64,000 nucleotides of DNA from an uncultured Nitrospiraceae bacterium (GCA_963727775.1 CAVSHB010000002.1:736001-800000); one strand, 5' to 3'. Counted from the first letter of the stretch, positions 11,277 through 22,179 are shown. Numbers and translations: made by a program. The notes: generated from the sequence alone by a model not told the origin.

Positions 11277-12017
11277 ATGAAGAAACCAAACGTTGGAATT
11301 TTCGATTTTGCCTGCTGTGAAGGATGCCAGTTACAGATCGCAAACATGGGCGAAGCTGTCCTGGATGTGCTCGGTTCCATAAATGTTCTGGAATGGAGAG
11401 AAGTCATGTCCGAAAAGTGGGGCAAGAACCTGGACATCGCCATCATAGAAGGAAGCATTACAGACCCGCATGCAGTTAAACGCATACAGCAGATACGGAA
11501 AAAAGCAAAGGTCCTCATTACCATCGGTTCCTGTGCAACAATAGGCGGGGTAAACGGCATGAAGAACAACTTCGACCTTAATGATATCAGACAGTATGTT
11601 TATGGAGGCAGCTACAGGTTCTTCCCGACAGAATTGACAAAGGCCGTTCACCAGGTAGTTAAAGTTGACTATTTTGTCCATGGCTGTCCAATGTATATCC
11701 CGGAATTTGTTACGGTTATAAAGGCTGCTTTGCAGGGTGTCCCTTATTATGTCCCCGATTACCCTGTATGTGTTGAGTGCAAACTTAATGAGAATGTATG
11801 TATGTATGACAGAAAAGTCACATGCCTCGGCCCTGTTACAAAGGCCGGATGCAACTCATGGTGCATAAATAACGGTAATATCTGTTACGGCTGCCGCGGC
11901 ATGGTCAGCAACCCTAATGAAAAAGGGGCTAAGGACGTGCTGGCTAAATACAGGATCCCTATGGAACTTATATTGAACAAAATGAATATGTACAACAAAT
12001 GCAGGGAGCTCGGCTAA
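11277..12017 (+). CDS. Group 3b hydrogenase small (delta) subunit
   Basis: CEGC, EGS, GSCA, GCP and CYGCRG motifs. Confidence 0.9.
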   Translation: MKKPNVGIFDFACCEGCQLQIANMGEAVLDVLGSINVLEWREVMSEKWGKNLDIAIIEGSITDPHAVKRIQQIRKKAKVLITIGSCATIGGVNGMKNNFDLNDIRQYVYGGSYRFFPTELTKAVHQVVKVDYFVHGCPMYIPEFVTVIKAALQGVPYYVPDYPVCVECKLNENVCMYDRKVTCLGPVTKAGCNSWCINNGNICYGCRGMVSNPNEKGAKDVLAKYRIPMELILNKMNMYNKCRELG

Positions 12018-12018
12018 T

Positions 12019-13350
12019 ATGAAAAAAAACGTGAGTATAAATGTTGAATACCTTACAAGGGTTGAAGGGCATGGAAACATTGTTATCAATGTAAAAGACG
12101 GAAAAATAGAAACCTGCCGTCTGGACATAGTCGAAGCGCCCCGGTTTTTTGAAGGCATACTCCGTGGCCGTTCCATATTCGAAGCCCAGCATATCACGAG
12201 CAGGATCTGCGGTATCTGTGCCTGCGGACATACCCTCGCCTCAATACAGGCAGCGGAGGATGCCCTCGGCATCACTCCGACTGAACAGACAATAAAACTG
12301 AGGAAACTTTTGCTTCACCTCGAAATACTCGACAGTCACATTCTGCATATATATCTTTTAGTCGCCCCCGACCTGCTTGGAGTCAAAAGTTTTGCCCCGT
12401 TGATCAGCAGTCACAATGAAGTTGTCCGCAGGGCTTTACGGATGAAAAAGACCTGTAACGACCTCTGCGATGTTCTTGTTGGCCGCCATGTGCATCCGAT
12501 ATCTGCGATTGTCGGCGGGTTTACAAAATTACCACGATCTAAAGATCTGGACGCAATGCTCAATATGCTCACCGGTATGAGGGCTGATATGGAAGCGACC
12601 GTAGAATTGGCTGCTTCGCTGAGATTCCCTGAATTCGAGCGTGACACCGAATATGTGGGACTTGTGAGCGATGACGCTGAATATCCTCTGTTAATGGGAG
12701 ATATCGGTTCTACAGACGGCGTAAGAATGAATAAAAAAGATTATAAGAATATTACCAATGAGTTTATCGTCCCTCACTCCTCTGCCAAACATGCAAAGCT
12801 CAGCAGGGAATCATATGCAGTAGGCGCATTGGCCCGGTTTAATCTGAATGCTGAAAAGCTGCATCCAAAGGCCAAACAAGTGGCCTCTGCTGTGGGACTG
12901 AAGCCTAAATGCATTAATCCCTATCTGAATACTGTTGCACAATTAATAGAAAGTGTTCATTGTCTTGAAGAGGCAATAGCTATTGTAGAGGATTTGAAGA
13001 GCAAGCCCGTAAATTACGATGAGGAAATCGTTGTCGGGCTGAATGAGCAGCACAGGATTCCCGTAAGAGCCGGCAACGGCGTGGGAGCAGTAGAAGTCCC
13101 AAGAGGTATCCTCTTCCACAATTATCAGACCGATGAAAATGGGATCATTGTAAATGCCAATTGTATTATCCCTACAAATCAGAACACCGGCAATATTGAG
13201 TACGATATGATGAAACTTGTTCCTGAGATTCTTGATAAAAGTGAAGAGGAAATGGCCCTTGCTATTGAAATGCTGGTCAGGGCCTATGACCCCTGTATCT
13301 CATGTTCAACCCATCTTTTGGATATCAGGTTTGTGAACAACAAAGAATAA
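12019..13350 (+). CDS. Group 3b [NiFe] hydrogenase large (alpha) subunit
   Basis: RVEGH; L1 RICGIC; L2 DPCISCSTH plus a C-terminal extension. Confidence 0.93.
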   Translation: MKKNVSINVEYLTRVEGHGNIVINVKDGKIETCRLDIVEAPRFFEGILRGRSIFEAQHITSRICGICACGHTLASIQAAEDALGITPTEQTIKLRKLLLHLEILDSHILHIYLLVAPDLLGVKSFAPLISSHNEVVRRALRMKKTCNDLCDVLVGRHVHPISAIVGGFTKLPRSKDLDAMLNMLTGMRADMEATVELAASLRFPEFERDTEYVGLVSDDAEYPLLMGDIGSTDGVRMNKKDYKNITNEFIVPHSSAKHAKLSRESYAVGALARFNLNAEKLHPKAKQVASAVGLKPKCINPYLNTVAQLIESVHCLEEAIAIVEDLKSKPVNYDEEIVVGLNEQHRIPVRAGNGVGAVEVPRGILFHNYQTDENGIIVNANCIIPTNQNTGNIEYDMMKLVPEILDKSEEEMALAIEMLVRAYDPCISCSTHLLDIRFVNNKE

Positions 13351-13368
13351 TTTTATCGGCTTTTATTG

Positions 13369-13554
13369 CTATTTTTCCGAATCTTTTTCTGCAAAAAATT
13401 TCGATAGAAATTCAGCGTCTTTTGGGGGCAAATCAAATTTCAGGCAGGCCTCGCCTACCAGCTTGGACAGGCCTGCGCCGGGGTTTTCGAGCCGCTCATC
13501 CGATATCCATTTGACCGCCCTTCTCAATTGTTCACCTTCCGGTAGAATGCTCAT
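13369..13554 (-). CDS. Small hypothetical protein
   Basis: AAAGGAGG ribosome-binding site; 61-aa ORF. Confidence 0.75.
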   Translation of the reverse strand: MSILPEGEQLRRAVKWISDERLENPGAGLSKLVGEACLKFDLPPKDAEFLSKFFAEKDSEK

Positions 13555-13670
13555 TATTTTCCTCCTTTGAGATAAGTTTTATTTTCAAAAAATCATATGC
13601 CCGACAACTCCCGTATTTAAGTGTGATATATAAAATTATATCAGATTATAACCTACACTATTCACAAGAT

Positions 13671-13760
13671 TGCCGACAGATACATTATTTAAGCGGTTAT
13701 ATTCTTTCGAAGAAAGAATTTACCTCGGAGGCCCGATTCGTACCGGGCCGAGAATGAGCG
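13671..13760 (+). repeat. Three-way-junction repeat, copy B (right outer arm lost)
   Basis: TGCCGACAGA...AAGCGG...CCTCGGAGGCCCG...CGGGCCGAGAATGAGCG. Confidence 0.85.
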
Positions 13761-13808
13761 AGAAAATTCTGCTCCCGGTGTAATGGCCCATGCCAAGAAT
13801 AGTTATGA

Positions 13809-14189
13809 TCAATGCGCTGAATCTTCCTCTGGGGGAAGCGAGTATTTCAGGACCGATCTTTTTTTCCTCTTCGCCTTTTGCTTTTTTATCTTTTCCCTTT
13901 TAATCCCCTCCGGTGTTGTGTCCTCTGACAATCCCTCAATCCTTTTAATAAGCTCCCTGCGTGCAAGAAAGCGGTTGATCGACTGGCTCCTGTCTTTCAT
14001 GCACTTCACTTCAATACCGGTCGGGATGTGTTTTAGATAGACGCAGGTCGATGTTTTATTGACATGCTGTCCGCCTTTTCCCGAAGAACGGACAAATTTT
14101 TCCTCGAGGTCCTTTTCGTGGATGTTGAGCGCTGCCATCCTTTCCCCCAGCCATCTGTTCTTTTCTTCGCTGACTGCAAAGGTTGTCAT
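13809..14189 (-). CDS. Release-factor-like peptidyl-tRNA hydrolase (ArfB type)
   Basis: SSGKGGQHVNKT motif; basic C-terminal tail. Confidence 0.85.
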   Translation of the reverse strand: MTTFAVSEEKNRWLGERMAALNIHEKDLEEKFVRSSGKGGQHVNKTSTCVYLKHIPTGIEVKCMKDRSQSINRFLARRELIKRIEGLSEDTTPEGIKREKIKKQKAKRKKRSVLKYSLPPEEDSAH

Positions 14190-14255
14190 AAGTATTTGTT
14201 TTTCCCTTAATATTATTTGACAGCTATAACTAAGAATGGCTTATAATTTTGGTGA

Positions 14256-14879
14256 TTGGATATTATAATTAAAACAATGAAAGATATTATAAGAATACTG
14301 CCGAATACCTTTATCCCATTGTTTGTCGCGATGAATGTGTTCATGCTCATCCCGATTTTTATATCGATGACCAAAGAGATGACGACACCTAAGAGGCAGA
14401 AAGTCATATTGGACTCGATACTTACCGCTATTATTGTCAGTGTTTCATTCATAGCACTGGGAGAGGTGATCTTTAAAATCCTGGGGATCACCGCGGATGA
14501 TTTCAAGATTGCCGGAGGCCTTTTGCTCCTTGTGCTGGCGATCCTCGATCTCACGCATCACATTGAAGAACGGATGAAACCCGATGTCAAGATGGGTGTT
14601 GTGCCTATCGGCGTCCCTTTAATTGTCGGGCCCGCCGTGCTCACCAATATTCTCTTGCTCGTGGACCATTACGGCATCTTGCCGACGATCGTTTCTTTAG
14701 TGCTCAATCTCTTTATTGTCTGGATATCATTAAAGAACGCCGACGGAATCATAAAGATCGTTGGAAAGGGCGGGATAGTCGGGATATCCAAGGTCATGGC
14801 TTTGCTTCTTGCGTCTATTGCGATTATGATGATAAGGCTCGGCATTGAAAACATCATAAAAATAAGTATAAAAGGCTGA
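14256..14879 (+). CDS. MarC family membrane protein
   Basis: FKIAGGLLL and VVPIGVPLIVGP motifs. Confidence 0.9.
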   Translation: MDIIIKTMKDIIRILPNTFIPLFVAMNVFMLIPIFISMTKEMTTPKRQKVILDSILTAIIVSVSFIALGEVIFKILGITADDFKIAGGLLLLVLAILDLTHHIEERMKPDVKMGVVPIGVPLIVGPAVLTNILLLVDHYGILPTIVSLVLNLFIVWISLKNADGIIKIVGKGGIVGISKVMALLLASIAIMMIRLGIENIIKISIKG

Positions 14880-14893
14880 AAGGAGACCGCACT

Positions 14894-15373
14894 GTGCTTA
14901 TCGGTATTATGTCGGACACCCATGACAATCTGGTTCTTGTAAAAAAAGCTATCGGATTGTTCAATGACAGAAAGGTTGGATATGTCATACATGCGGGGGA
15001 CTACACATCACCCTTTACCCTGAAACTCTTTAAGGCGTTGAAATGCAAATATGCAGGCATATTCGGTAATAACGACGGAGACAAGTTGCTTCTCTCAGAG
15101 AGGGCTGAGGGAAATATTCATAATCAGCCCTATATTTTTACGCTGGAAGGCAAAAAAATTGTCGTAATGCATGAGCACAACGTTGCCGATGCGCTTGCCG
15201 ACAGCGGACATTTTGACCTTGTCATCTATGGACACACTCATAAGCCCGAAGTCAGGAAAGTCAATAATACCCTGGTCGTAAATCCCGGCGAAGTGGGTTC
15301 ATGGCTCTACGGTGAACCGACGGTGGCATTGGCGGACCTGGATAAAATGGAAGCGGAGATCATAGGACTTTAA
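14894..15373 (+). CDS. Metallophosphoesterase (YfcE/MJ0936 type)
   Basis: SDTHDN, HAGD, GNND, GHTH and NPG motifs. Confidence 0.92.
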   Translation: MLIGIMSDTHDNLVLVKKAIGLFNDRKVGYVIHAGDYTSPFTLKLFKALKCKYAGIFGNNDGDKLLLSERAEGNIHNQPYIFTLEGKKIVVMHEHNVADALADSGHFDLVIYGHTHKPEVRKVNNTLVVNPGEVGSWLYGEPTVALADLDKMEAEIIGL

Positions 15374-16281
15374 ACATCAATCCTTGTCAACCCTGCCTCT
15401 TCCGCCAGTTCTATGGCTTTGCCATATTCCTGGGCGGTGATCCTTCTGTCGAGGGGAGGGTGGCCGGATGCCTTGTAACAGGGATGGTACTGGTCCATGA
15501 TATTTATAAGGGTATTTTTTGAAATCCCGGCGATAAATTTTACCACTTCTTCAGTGCCCGCAATTCCTCCGGGCAATACAAGGTGCCTTACGAGCAGCCC
15601 TTTGAGTGCGATACCTTTGTTGTCTATCAATAGATCACCAACCTGTCTGTGCATTTCTTTGAGCGCGGCCTTTGCGGCTTCAGGATATCCTTCCGCCCTG
15701 GAATACTTGAGGGCCATCGCCGGGTCCATATATTTGAAATCGGGCATATAGATATCGACAATCCCATCGAGGATCTCTAATGCGTGGAGAGATTCGTATC
15801 CTCCGCAATTGTAGACGAGTGGAAGTTTCAGCCCTTTTTCGGAAGCGATCAGGAGGGACCTGAGTATTGCCGGCATCTGGTGCGTCGGCGTAACAAGGTT
15901 TATGTTGTGACAACCTTCCTTCTGGAGCGCAAGCATGACATCAGCGAGCTTTTCAAAAGATACCTCCACGCCTTCTCCAAGTTGGCTTATAGAATAGTTC
16001 TGGCAGAATATGCATCCGAGATTGCAATGGCCCATAAAGATTGTGCCTGAACCGAATCGCCCCACCAATGGCTTTTCCTCGCCGAAATGAGCGCCATAGC
16101 TTGATATGAAGGGCTTGCTCCCGGTTTTGCAGAATCCTTTCTCTCCAGCAGTCCTATCAACCTTACAGTTCCTCGGACAAAGGGTACAATCTTTCAGAAT
16201 CTCCTCCGCCTCCCTGAACCTATCAGCCAATACGCCCGGAGGAAGCCGGAGATAGGCCGGAGTGAATGAATAAGTGTCCAT
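15370..16281 (-). CDS. Radical SAM protein, PflX-like
   Basis: CTLCPRNC, HFGEE, CNLGCIFC, YMPDFKY and VRHLVLP motifs. Confidence 0.88.
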   Translation of the reverse strand: MDTYSFTPAYLRLPPGVLADRFREAEEILKDCTLCPRNCKVDRTAGEKGFCKTGSKPFISSYGAHFGEEKPLVGRFGSGTIFMGHCNLGCIFCQNYSISQLGEGVEVSFEKLADVMLALQKEGCHNINLVTPTHQMPAILRSLLIASEKGLKLPLVYNCGGYESLHALEILDGIVDIYMPDFKYMDPAMALKYSRAEGYPEAAKAALKEMHRQVGDLLIDNKGIALKGLLVRHLVLPGGIAGTEEVVKFIAGISKNTLINIMDQYHPCYKASGHPPLDRRITAQEYGKAIELAEEAGLTRIDV

Positions 16282-16299
16282 ATTTTTAGTTTACTGTGA

Positions 16300-16515
16300 A
16301 GTAGAAAAATAGGGAAGGTCAGGTGCGATGCAAGGAGCTATTTAACAAGTGACTCTATTTATCCAAAGGGCTCCGCACCCCTAAAATATTCTTTGTTGCG
16401 ACGTGCGTATAGATCATGGTTGTCTGGAGATTGGTGTGCCCTAAGAAAGGCAAAACTGCAAGATTACGAAAACTACATAATTGAAAGACGAATTAACGAC
16501 ATATTCGGACTTTAA
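16300..16515 (+). pseudogene. Probably 5'-truncated cassette ORF ending in an attC site
   Basis: Open frame ...[16 protein letters not shown] with no ATG; its TAA lies inside the attC R'' box. Confidence 0.45.
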
Positions 16516-16578
16516 CATCGCGCTACACTGGAGCGGCGTGAAACTACCCACGCCTCCCAGTGAGCTTGCGCGTTATGC
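16510..16578 (+). other. Integron attC site 1
   Basis: CTTTAAC...GCT-A-CACTGG...CCAGTG-AGC...GTTATGC imperfect palindrome with an extrahelical base. Confidence 0.8.
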
Positions 16579-16592
16579 CGGAAAATAATCAA

Positions 16593-16622
16593 TTGACAGA
16601 AACACAAAACCAGAGGTATGAT
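16593..16622 (+). promoter_or_regulatory. Sigma70-type promoter of the TA cassette
   Basis: TTGACA-18 nt-TATGAT. Confidence 0.55.
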
Positions 16623-16647
16623 ATAAAGTAATACTGGAGGTGTTTTT

Positions 16648-16890
16648 ATGGGCAAAACAAAAATTGCGATAACGTTGGATGAACAGTACATTGATCAGCT
16701 GGATACATTTGTTAGTAAACATATTTTTCAAAATCGCAGCCAGGCTATTCAGGAGGCTGTAAAGGAAAAACTTGCGCGGATAAAACGCACCCGTCTTGCA
16801 AAAGAATGCGCGAAGCTTGATCCGACCTTTGAAAAGGCAATGGCGGATGAAGGATTAACTGAGGATCTGAGCCAATGGCCCGAATACTAA
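16648..16890 (+). CDS. Ribbon-helix-helix (CopG type) antitoxin
   Basis: KIAITL...NRSQAIQEAV; overlaps the toxin gene. Confidence 0.85.
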   Translation: MGKTKIAITLDEQYIDQLDTFVSKHIFQNRSQAIQEAVKEKLARIKRTRLAKECAKLDPTFEKAMADEGLTEDLSQWPEY

Positions 16891-17213
16891 GGGGTGACAT
16901 TCGATGGGCCGATTTGAACCCTGTACGTGGCCGCGAGCAAGCAGGCTTACGGCCTGTTTTGATTTTAAGCCAGGATATTTTTAATGAAAGGTCGGGGACG
17001 GTTATTGCCGTGGCTTTAACCAGTCAGCCTCAGAAAGCAGGATTTCCATTGACTCTTGAATTAAAAACATCAAATTTACCTAAAGAGTCATGGGTAAAAA
17101 TAAGCCAGATTCGGACGCTTTCCGTCGGGAGAATTGGAAAAATAATCGGAAGAGCTTCTCCTGAGGAAATAGAACAGGTTGTGGACGGATTGAATGAGAT
17201 TATAGGCGCATAA
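16875..17213 (+). CDS. PemK/MazF family toxin
   Basis: RGDIRWADLNPVRGREQAGLRPVLILS and SQIRT motifs. Confidence 0.92.
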   Translation: MARILRGDIRWADLNPVRGREQAGLRPVLILSQDIFNERSGTVIAVALTSQPQKAGFPLTLELKTSNLPKESWVKISQIRTLSVGRIGKIIGRASPEEIEQVVDGLNEIIGA

Positions 17214-17263
17214 CAAATCACTCGTGCGGTCTTTCACTACGTCGCACAGTTCAGTCGTTAGAA
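17208..17263 (+). other. Integron attC site 2
   Basis: GCATAAC...ACT-C-GTGCG...CGCAC-AGT...GTTAGAA; overlaps the toxin stop codon. Confidence 0.75.
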
Positions 17264-17287
17264 AAACAATAAAAGAGGATACCACTT

Positions 17288-17611
17288 ATGAACCAAGTAA
17301 TTGAAACAATTATGAAAAGAAGATCTGTCCGGCTTTAAGAATCAAAGCCAATCCCTGAGAAAATCTTGCAAACTTTAATCGATGCAGGCAATGCAGCCCC
17401 AACAGGCGGAAATGCACAAAACTGGAGATTTGCTCTGCTTGAAGAAGAAAAGAAAGGGGACCTCAGAGGTGTGCATGTTTATAAGTTCAAAATCACATCT
17501 ATCCGGTATCTCCTTTCATACCGAATGATTAAAGCCGGCTTGGAATTAATCATGATTGGTCCGCACGAAAATTATTATCGCGAACTCAAAGGTTATTTGA
17601 AACGAAGATAA
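17288..17611 (+). pseudogene. Chimera: nitroreductase N-terminus (internal TAA) fused to a RelE/ParE-like C-terminus
   Basis: MNQVIETIMKRRSVRL*ESKPIP...AAPTGGNAQNWRF, then KKGDLRGVHVYKF...GPHENYYRELK. Confidence 0.75.
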
Positions 17612-17712
17612 AAAAAGTAACGTTCGCGGGTTCAGGCTTGCGATTATGCAAATAGAATTAGCCCTCAAGACAGTAAAAAAGCGGGTGGCCCAATGTTATA
17701 ATCAAAACGAGG

Positions 17713-18558
17713 ATGACAGATAAGGATTATTATAAGGTCCTCGGCGTAGATGAAAAGGCCGCTGCCGAGGATATTAAGAAAACCTACCGCAAATTGGCTT
17801 TTCAGTATCACCCCGATAAAAACCCGGGCAGTGAAGAGATGATGAAGGAGATCAACGAGGCCTATGCGGTCTTGTCCGATCAGAAGAAGAGAGAGGCCTA
17901 TGATTCTTTCAGGCATACATACGGTGCATCTGCAAGAGATTTGTTCAGACAGCGCTATGCAGAGCAGGACATCTTCAAAAATTCCGACATTTATCAGATT
18001 TTCGAGGAGTTGAGCAAGGCATTCGGTTTCAGTAGGCCGGAGGACATCTTCAGCCGCGGCAATTTCTACGGAAACCAATATAAGACCTTTGAATTTAAAG
18101 GCCCCGGAGTCTTCGGAAAGGGTACGTTTTTTTTCCGGCAGATGCCGACCGGTAACCGGGAGCATATGACAGGTCCACAGTTTCAAACGGAAGATACGGC
18201 CACGCGGCGGTCTTCTTTCTCATCCAGTCTTTTGCTGAAAGGACTGGGTCTGTTTCAGAAACATATGGCAAAAAAATACGGGCTGGAAATACCGGAAAAC
18301 GGCAGGGACTTGTATGACGTGATAAAAATTACGCCTGAGGAATCCGCAATGGGGAGTAAGGTCGGGTACCAGTACTCGAGAGGCGACAATCCCCGGGACC
18401 TTCTGGTCAAGATTTCTGCCGGAATACGAGACGGGCAAAAAATAAAACTTAAAGGTTTGGGTGAAGAAGGAAAGAATGGCGGGACAGCCGGAGACCTTTA
18501 CCTAAAAGTCAAAATTCGCATCCCGCTTCTTAAAAAGATATTGGCGTTCTTTAAATAG
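17713..18558 (+). CDS. DnaJ-domain protein (CbpA-like, no zinc finger)
   Basis: [11 protein letters not shown] and GDLYL motifs. Confidence 0.88.
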   Translation: MTDKDYYKVLGVDEKAAAEDIKKTYRKLAFQYHPDKNPGSEEMMKEINEAYAVLSDQKKREAYDSFRHTYGASARDLFRQRYAEQDIFKNSDIYQIFEELSKAFGFSRPEDIFSRGNFYGNQYKTFEFKGPGVFGKGTFFFRQMPTGNREHMTGPQFQTEDTATRRSSFSSSLLLKGLGLFQKHMAKKYGLEIPENGRDLYDVIKITPEESAMGSKVGYQYSRGDNPRDLLVKISAGIRDGQKIKLKGLGEEGKNGGTAGDLYLKVKIRIPLLKKILAFFK

Positions 18559-18587
18559 GGATAATTAACTCACACTATTCAAAAGAT

Positions 18588-18700
18588 TGCCGACAGATGC
18601 AGTATTTAAGCGGATTTAAATTCTTTCGAAGAAAGAATTTGCCTCGGAGGCCCGATTTGTACCGGGCCGAGAATGAGCGTAAATACTGTATTTGTCGGCA
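18588..18700 (+). repeat. Three-way-junction repeat, copy C
   Basis: TGCCGACAGATGCAGTATTT...AAATACTGTATTTGTCGGCA outer stem with the conserved core. Confidence 0.9.
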
Positions 18701-18736
18701 CCCGAAAATTTATGAATTAAGTGGGTTAAATATCTT

Positions 18737-20389
18737 TTACTTCATAACTGCGCCGTTGCCCGCGGAACTGACCAGCTTAGCATACCTGGACAAATAGCCT
18801 TTTGTAATCTTCGGTTTCAGCGGCTTCCATTTATTCATTCTCTCTTTTATCTCTTTACCGGATAAAAGGACATCTATCTTTCTTGCGGCAATGTCTATCT
18901 TTATCCTGTCCCCGTCCTTCAGTATGGCTATTACTCCGCCTTCCATTGCTTCAGGGGATATATGCCCTATGCACGGTCCTCTCGTACCGCCGGAGAATCT
19001 TCCATCGGTTATCAGAGCGACCGATTCACTTAACCCCATACCTGCAATGGCCGCAGTCGGCGAAAGCATCTCACGCATGCCGGGGCCACCTTTGGGGCCT
19101 TCATATCTGATGACAACGACATTGCCGGGCTTGATCTTTCCGTTCATGATCGCCTTCATGGCTTCTTCTTCTGAATTGAAGACCTTTGCGTCGCCTTCAA
19201 ATTTCATCATGTTCCGGCTTACGGCAGACTGCTTGACGACCGCGCCGTCGGGCGCAAGATTTCCCCTCAATATCGCGATGCCTCCTTCCTTGTGGTAGGG
19301 CTTGTCCAGCGGTCTTATGACATTTTCGTCGACTATCGTTGCCGACGCGGTGATCTCGAATATTTTCATCCCGCTTACGGTCGTATTGTTGTTCAAGCTT
19401 TTACCAAGTCTTTTCATGACAGCGGGGATTCCGCCCGCCCAATCGAGGTCTTCGAGATAATGTTCGCCGCCCGGAAGCATATTGGCGATATGGGGCGTCT
19501 TTTTGCTGAGTATATCAAACGTCTCCAGCGGCAATTCAACGCCTGCATCATGGGCTATCGCGGGAATATGAAGTACGGTATTCGTCGAGCCGCCGAGGGC
19601 GAGGTCCACCATGATGGCGTTCTCAAAGGCCTTTCTCGTCATGATCTTTCTTGCCGTAACATTTTTCTTTATGAGGTCTACGATGCGCATTCCGCTTGCA
19701 AAGGCAATCCTTCTTTTATCGGCAGAGACCGCGAGAGCCGTAGCGCATCTCGGAAGGCTCATCCCGAGCGCCTCGGTAACACACGCCATGGTATTTGCCG
19801 TATACATGCCCTGGCACGAGCCTGCGCCCGGACACGCGCATAGTTCGAGGGCTTCAAGCTCGGCATCCTTTATCAGTCCCTTTTTATACTTGCCTATTGC
19901 TTCAAATGTGTCGTTTACGAGAGATAACCTTCTCCCTCCCATGCGCCCGGATAACATCGGTCCGGCAGTGACAACTATTGCCGGGATGTCTATTCTTGCA
20001 GCCGCCATAAGCATTCCAGGGGTTATCTTGTCGCAGTTTGTGAGGAGCACAAGGCCGTCGAACTGGTGGGCCTGCGCGACGGTCTCTACGAGATCGGCGA
20101 TCAGTTCGCGTGAAGGCAGGGAATAATGCATGCCGCTATGCCCCATGGCAATACCGTCGCAAATACCGGGGATCCCGAAAAAGAAGGGATATCCTCCGCC
20201 GGTATGCACCCCTTTTTCAATGTACCGCTCAAGGTCCCGCATACCGATGTGCCCAGGGATAATATCGGTGAAACTTGTCGCTACGCCGATGAAAGGTTTT
20301 TTCATCTCGCTTTTCGGCAGGCCTGTAGCGTAAAGCAGCGCCCTGTGCGGGACGCGCTCCAGCCCTTCTTTTATTGTCTTGCTCCTCAT
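18737..20389 (-). CDS. ilvD: Dihydroxy-acid dehydratase
   Basis: [20 protein letters not shown] and TDGRFSG motifs. Confidence 0.96.
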   Translation of the reverse strand: MRSKTIKEGLERVPHRALLYATGLPKSEMKKPFIGVATSFTDIIPGHIGMRDLERYIEKGVHTGGGYPFFFGIPGICDGIAMGHSGMHYSLPSRELIADLVETVAQAHQFDGLVLLTNCDKITPGMLMAAARIDIPAIVVTAGPMLSGRMGGRRLSLVNDTFEAIGKYKKGLIKDAELEALELCACPGAGSCQGMYTANTMACVTEALGMSLPRCATALAVSADKRRIAFASGMRIVDLIKKNVTARKIMTRKAFENAIMVDLALGGSTNTVLHIPAIAHDAGVELPLETFDILSKKTPHIANMLPGGEHYLEDLDWAGGIPAVMKRLGKSLNNNTTVSGMKIFEITASATIVDENVIRPLDKPYHKEGGIAILRGNLAPDGAVVKQSAVSRNMMKFEGDAKVFNSEEEAMKAIMNGKIKPGNVVVIRYEGPKGGPGMREMLSPTAAIAGMGLSESVALITDGRFSGGTRGPCIGHISPEAMEGGVIAILKDGDRIKIDIAARKIDVLLSGKEIKERMNKWKPLKPKITKGYLSRYAKLVSSAGNGAVMK

Positions 20390-20489
20390 AAATACCCCCA
20401 ATAGTTATATAAATAAAAACTGAGAAATATGAAATGAGACAAAAATCTCTTATTGCTCAATTCCAACTTCTCAGTTCTTATTTCTGTTT

Positions 20490-20720
20490 CTAATTCAGTG
20501 TTTGAGTTTTCTTATGCTCTCGTACCAGCTCCGCCATTCTGTCTTTTCTCGCGAGTTTCTGTTTCTGGATCCTTTTCCGTTCTATTTCTTCTTCAGCGGT
20601 AAGGTAACGCTTGCTGTCGATCTCTGAAAGAAGGCCGTCAAGATTCCTGTGCTCCTCGCTGAGCTTTTTGAATTCATCATTTTCCTTTTTTAAGAATTCA
20701 ACAATCTCGTTCTCTTTCAT
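20490..20720 (-). CDS. DUF465/YdcH family protein
   Basis: FKKLSEEHRNLD...KQKLARKD. Confidence 0.75.
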   Translation of the reverse strand: MKENEIVEFLKKENDEFKKLSEEHRNLDGLLSEIDSKRYLTAEEEIERKRIQKQKLARKDRMAELVREHKKTQTLN

Positions 20721-20819
20721 TTTACCCTCCTGTAAATAGATTTATAGATTTGTTTTTTGCATGGTCCGGATAAAATTGTCTTATTACAAAAAAACATTTG
20801 AGGCCTTTTTCCTATAAAA

Positions 20820-22179
20820 TTATATCTCCTGAATAATCCTTTCTGCAAGTTTATGAGAATTATCTATACAGTCGTTGACGCTGATCCCGCGATAGGCATT
20901 CCCGGTTATGTAAAATCTTTTAAATTTGACGATACAGGACTGTATCGTTTTAAGTCTTTTTTCGTGTCCCGGAGAATATTGGGGGATACCTTTTTTATGT
21001 GTGTAGACCTTCGCAAAATCAGGCTGTATCTTCAAGTCCATGATACCGTTTAACTCGTCCATAACTACGTTTATCAAATTTTCTTCAGACTGAAGCGCAA
21101 GCTCAGAATCTCCTGACCCCTCCCAGCATGCTCCTGAGCAGCACATGACCCTCGGGCGCTCTATTTGGAAAAATGCTTGAATCCCACAAGGTCCCGAGTA
21201 TCTTTCTGCCTTCCCTATTAGGGATCAAAAACCCGAACCCGTCAAGTGAGCGTTTTATCCTGTCACGTCTGTAACCGAGGCAGACTACTGAAATTGATGG
21301 ATAGTAGATTTCTCCGAGCGTTGAGGAAAGCTGTTTGTCAAAGTCTTTTGTCATTTCTGAAGATTCGAATGCAGGCGTTGCAAGGACAACGGCCTCCGTC
21401 TCGATGTTCGAACCATCGGACAAGTGGACAACATAAGAGTCCTTTGTTTTGTCGATTGAGACCGCCCTGGCTCCGGTCTTTAGCCTTTCTCCCATATAAT
21501 CCGATAGAGCATTGATCATTGTTTCCATCCCGCCCAGGAAAGAAGTAAGTGTCCCTCCGGGACCTGCCCCCACTTTTTTGCCAGTTTTTTTCGCCTCTCT
21601 CTGGAGTTTTATCAAAGCCCTTATAAGACTTCCGTATTTCTGTTCAAGTTCATATATCCTCGGGAAACAACTCTTAAGGCTCATCTTTTCGGGGTCACCG
21701 GCATAAATACCCGATGCCATGGGATCAATTAATTTCTCATAAGCCTCTTTGCCCAGTCTGCGTTTAGCAAACTTAGCCAGTGTCTCGTCTTCTCCACTGC
21801 CCTTTTGCGCAAATATTTCCCAAATAATCCTAATACGGCCCGGAAGGCTGAGGAGGTTTGAGGAGAAAAAAGCTGTCGCTGAATCAGGCAGGAGTTTCAG
21901 TTTTCCGTCAGAAAAAATATATCTTTTTCGTGCGTTATCATTGCTTCTTAAAGGTGTGAGGGAAAGCCTTGAAACAAGATCGAGTGTCTTCGGCTTATTA
22001 TCAAGGAAGCCGTTCACCCCGCCTTCACACAAAAAACCGTCCACCTTATCAGTCCATATCTTGCCGCCTGCTTTTTGTTCGGACTCAAGGACGGTGATGT
22101 CTAAAAAGGGCTTATTCTCAAGAAGAAAATAAGCCAAAGAAAGGCCGGTGATTCCCCCTCCGACGATTATTAATCTCAT
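20820..22179 (-). pseudogene. hemY: Protoporphyrinogen/coproporphyrinogen oxidase (HemY type), split by a one-base frameshift near 21105-21112
   Basis: GGGITGL, GIYAGD and GFGFL in one frame; GIPQY and GNAYRGISVNDC in the next. Confidence 0.85.

Noticed and set aside
18597..18797. 66-aa ORF in the track
   Set aside because: It is a translation of repeat copy C; the same ENERKYCICRH string appears from copy H.
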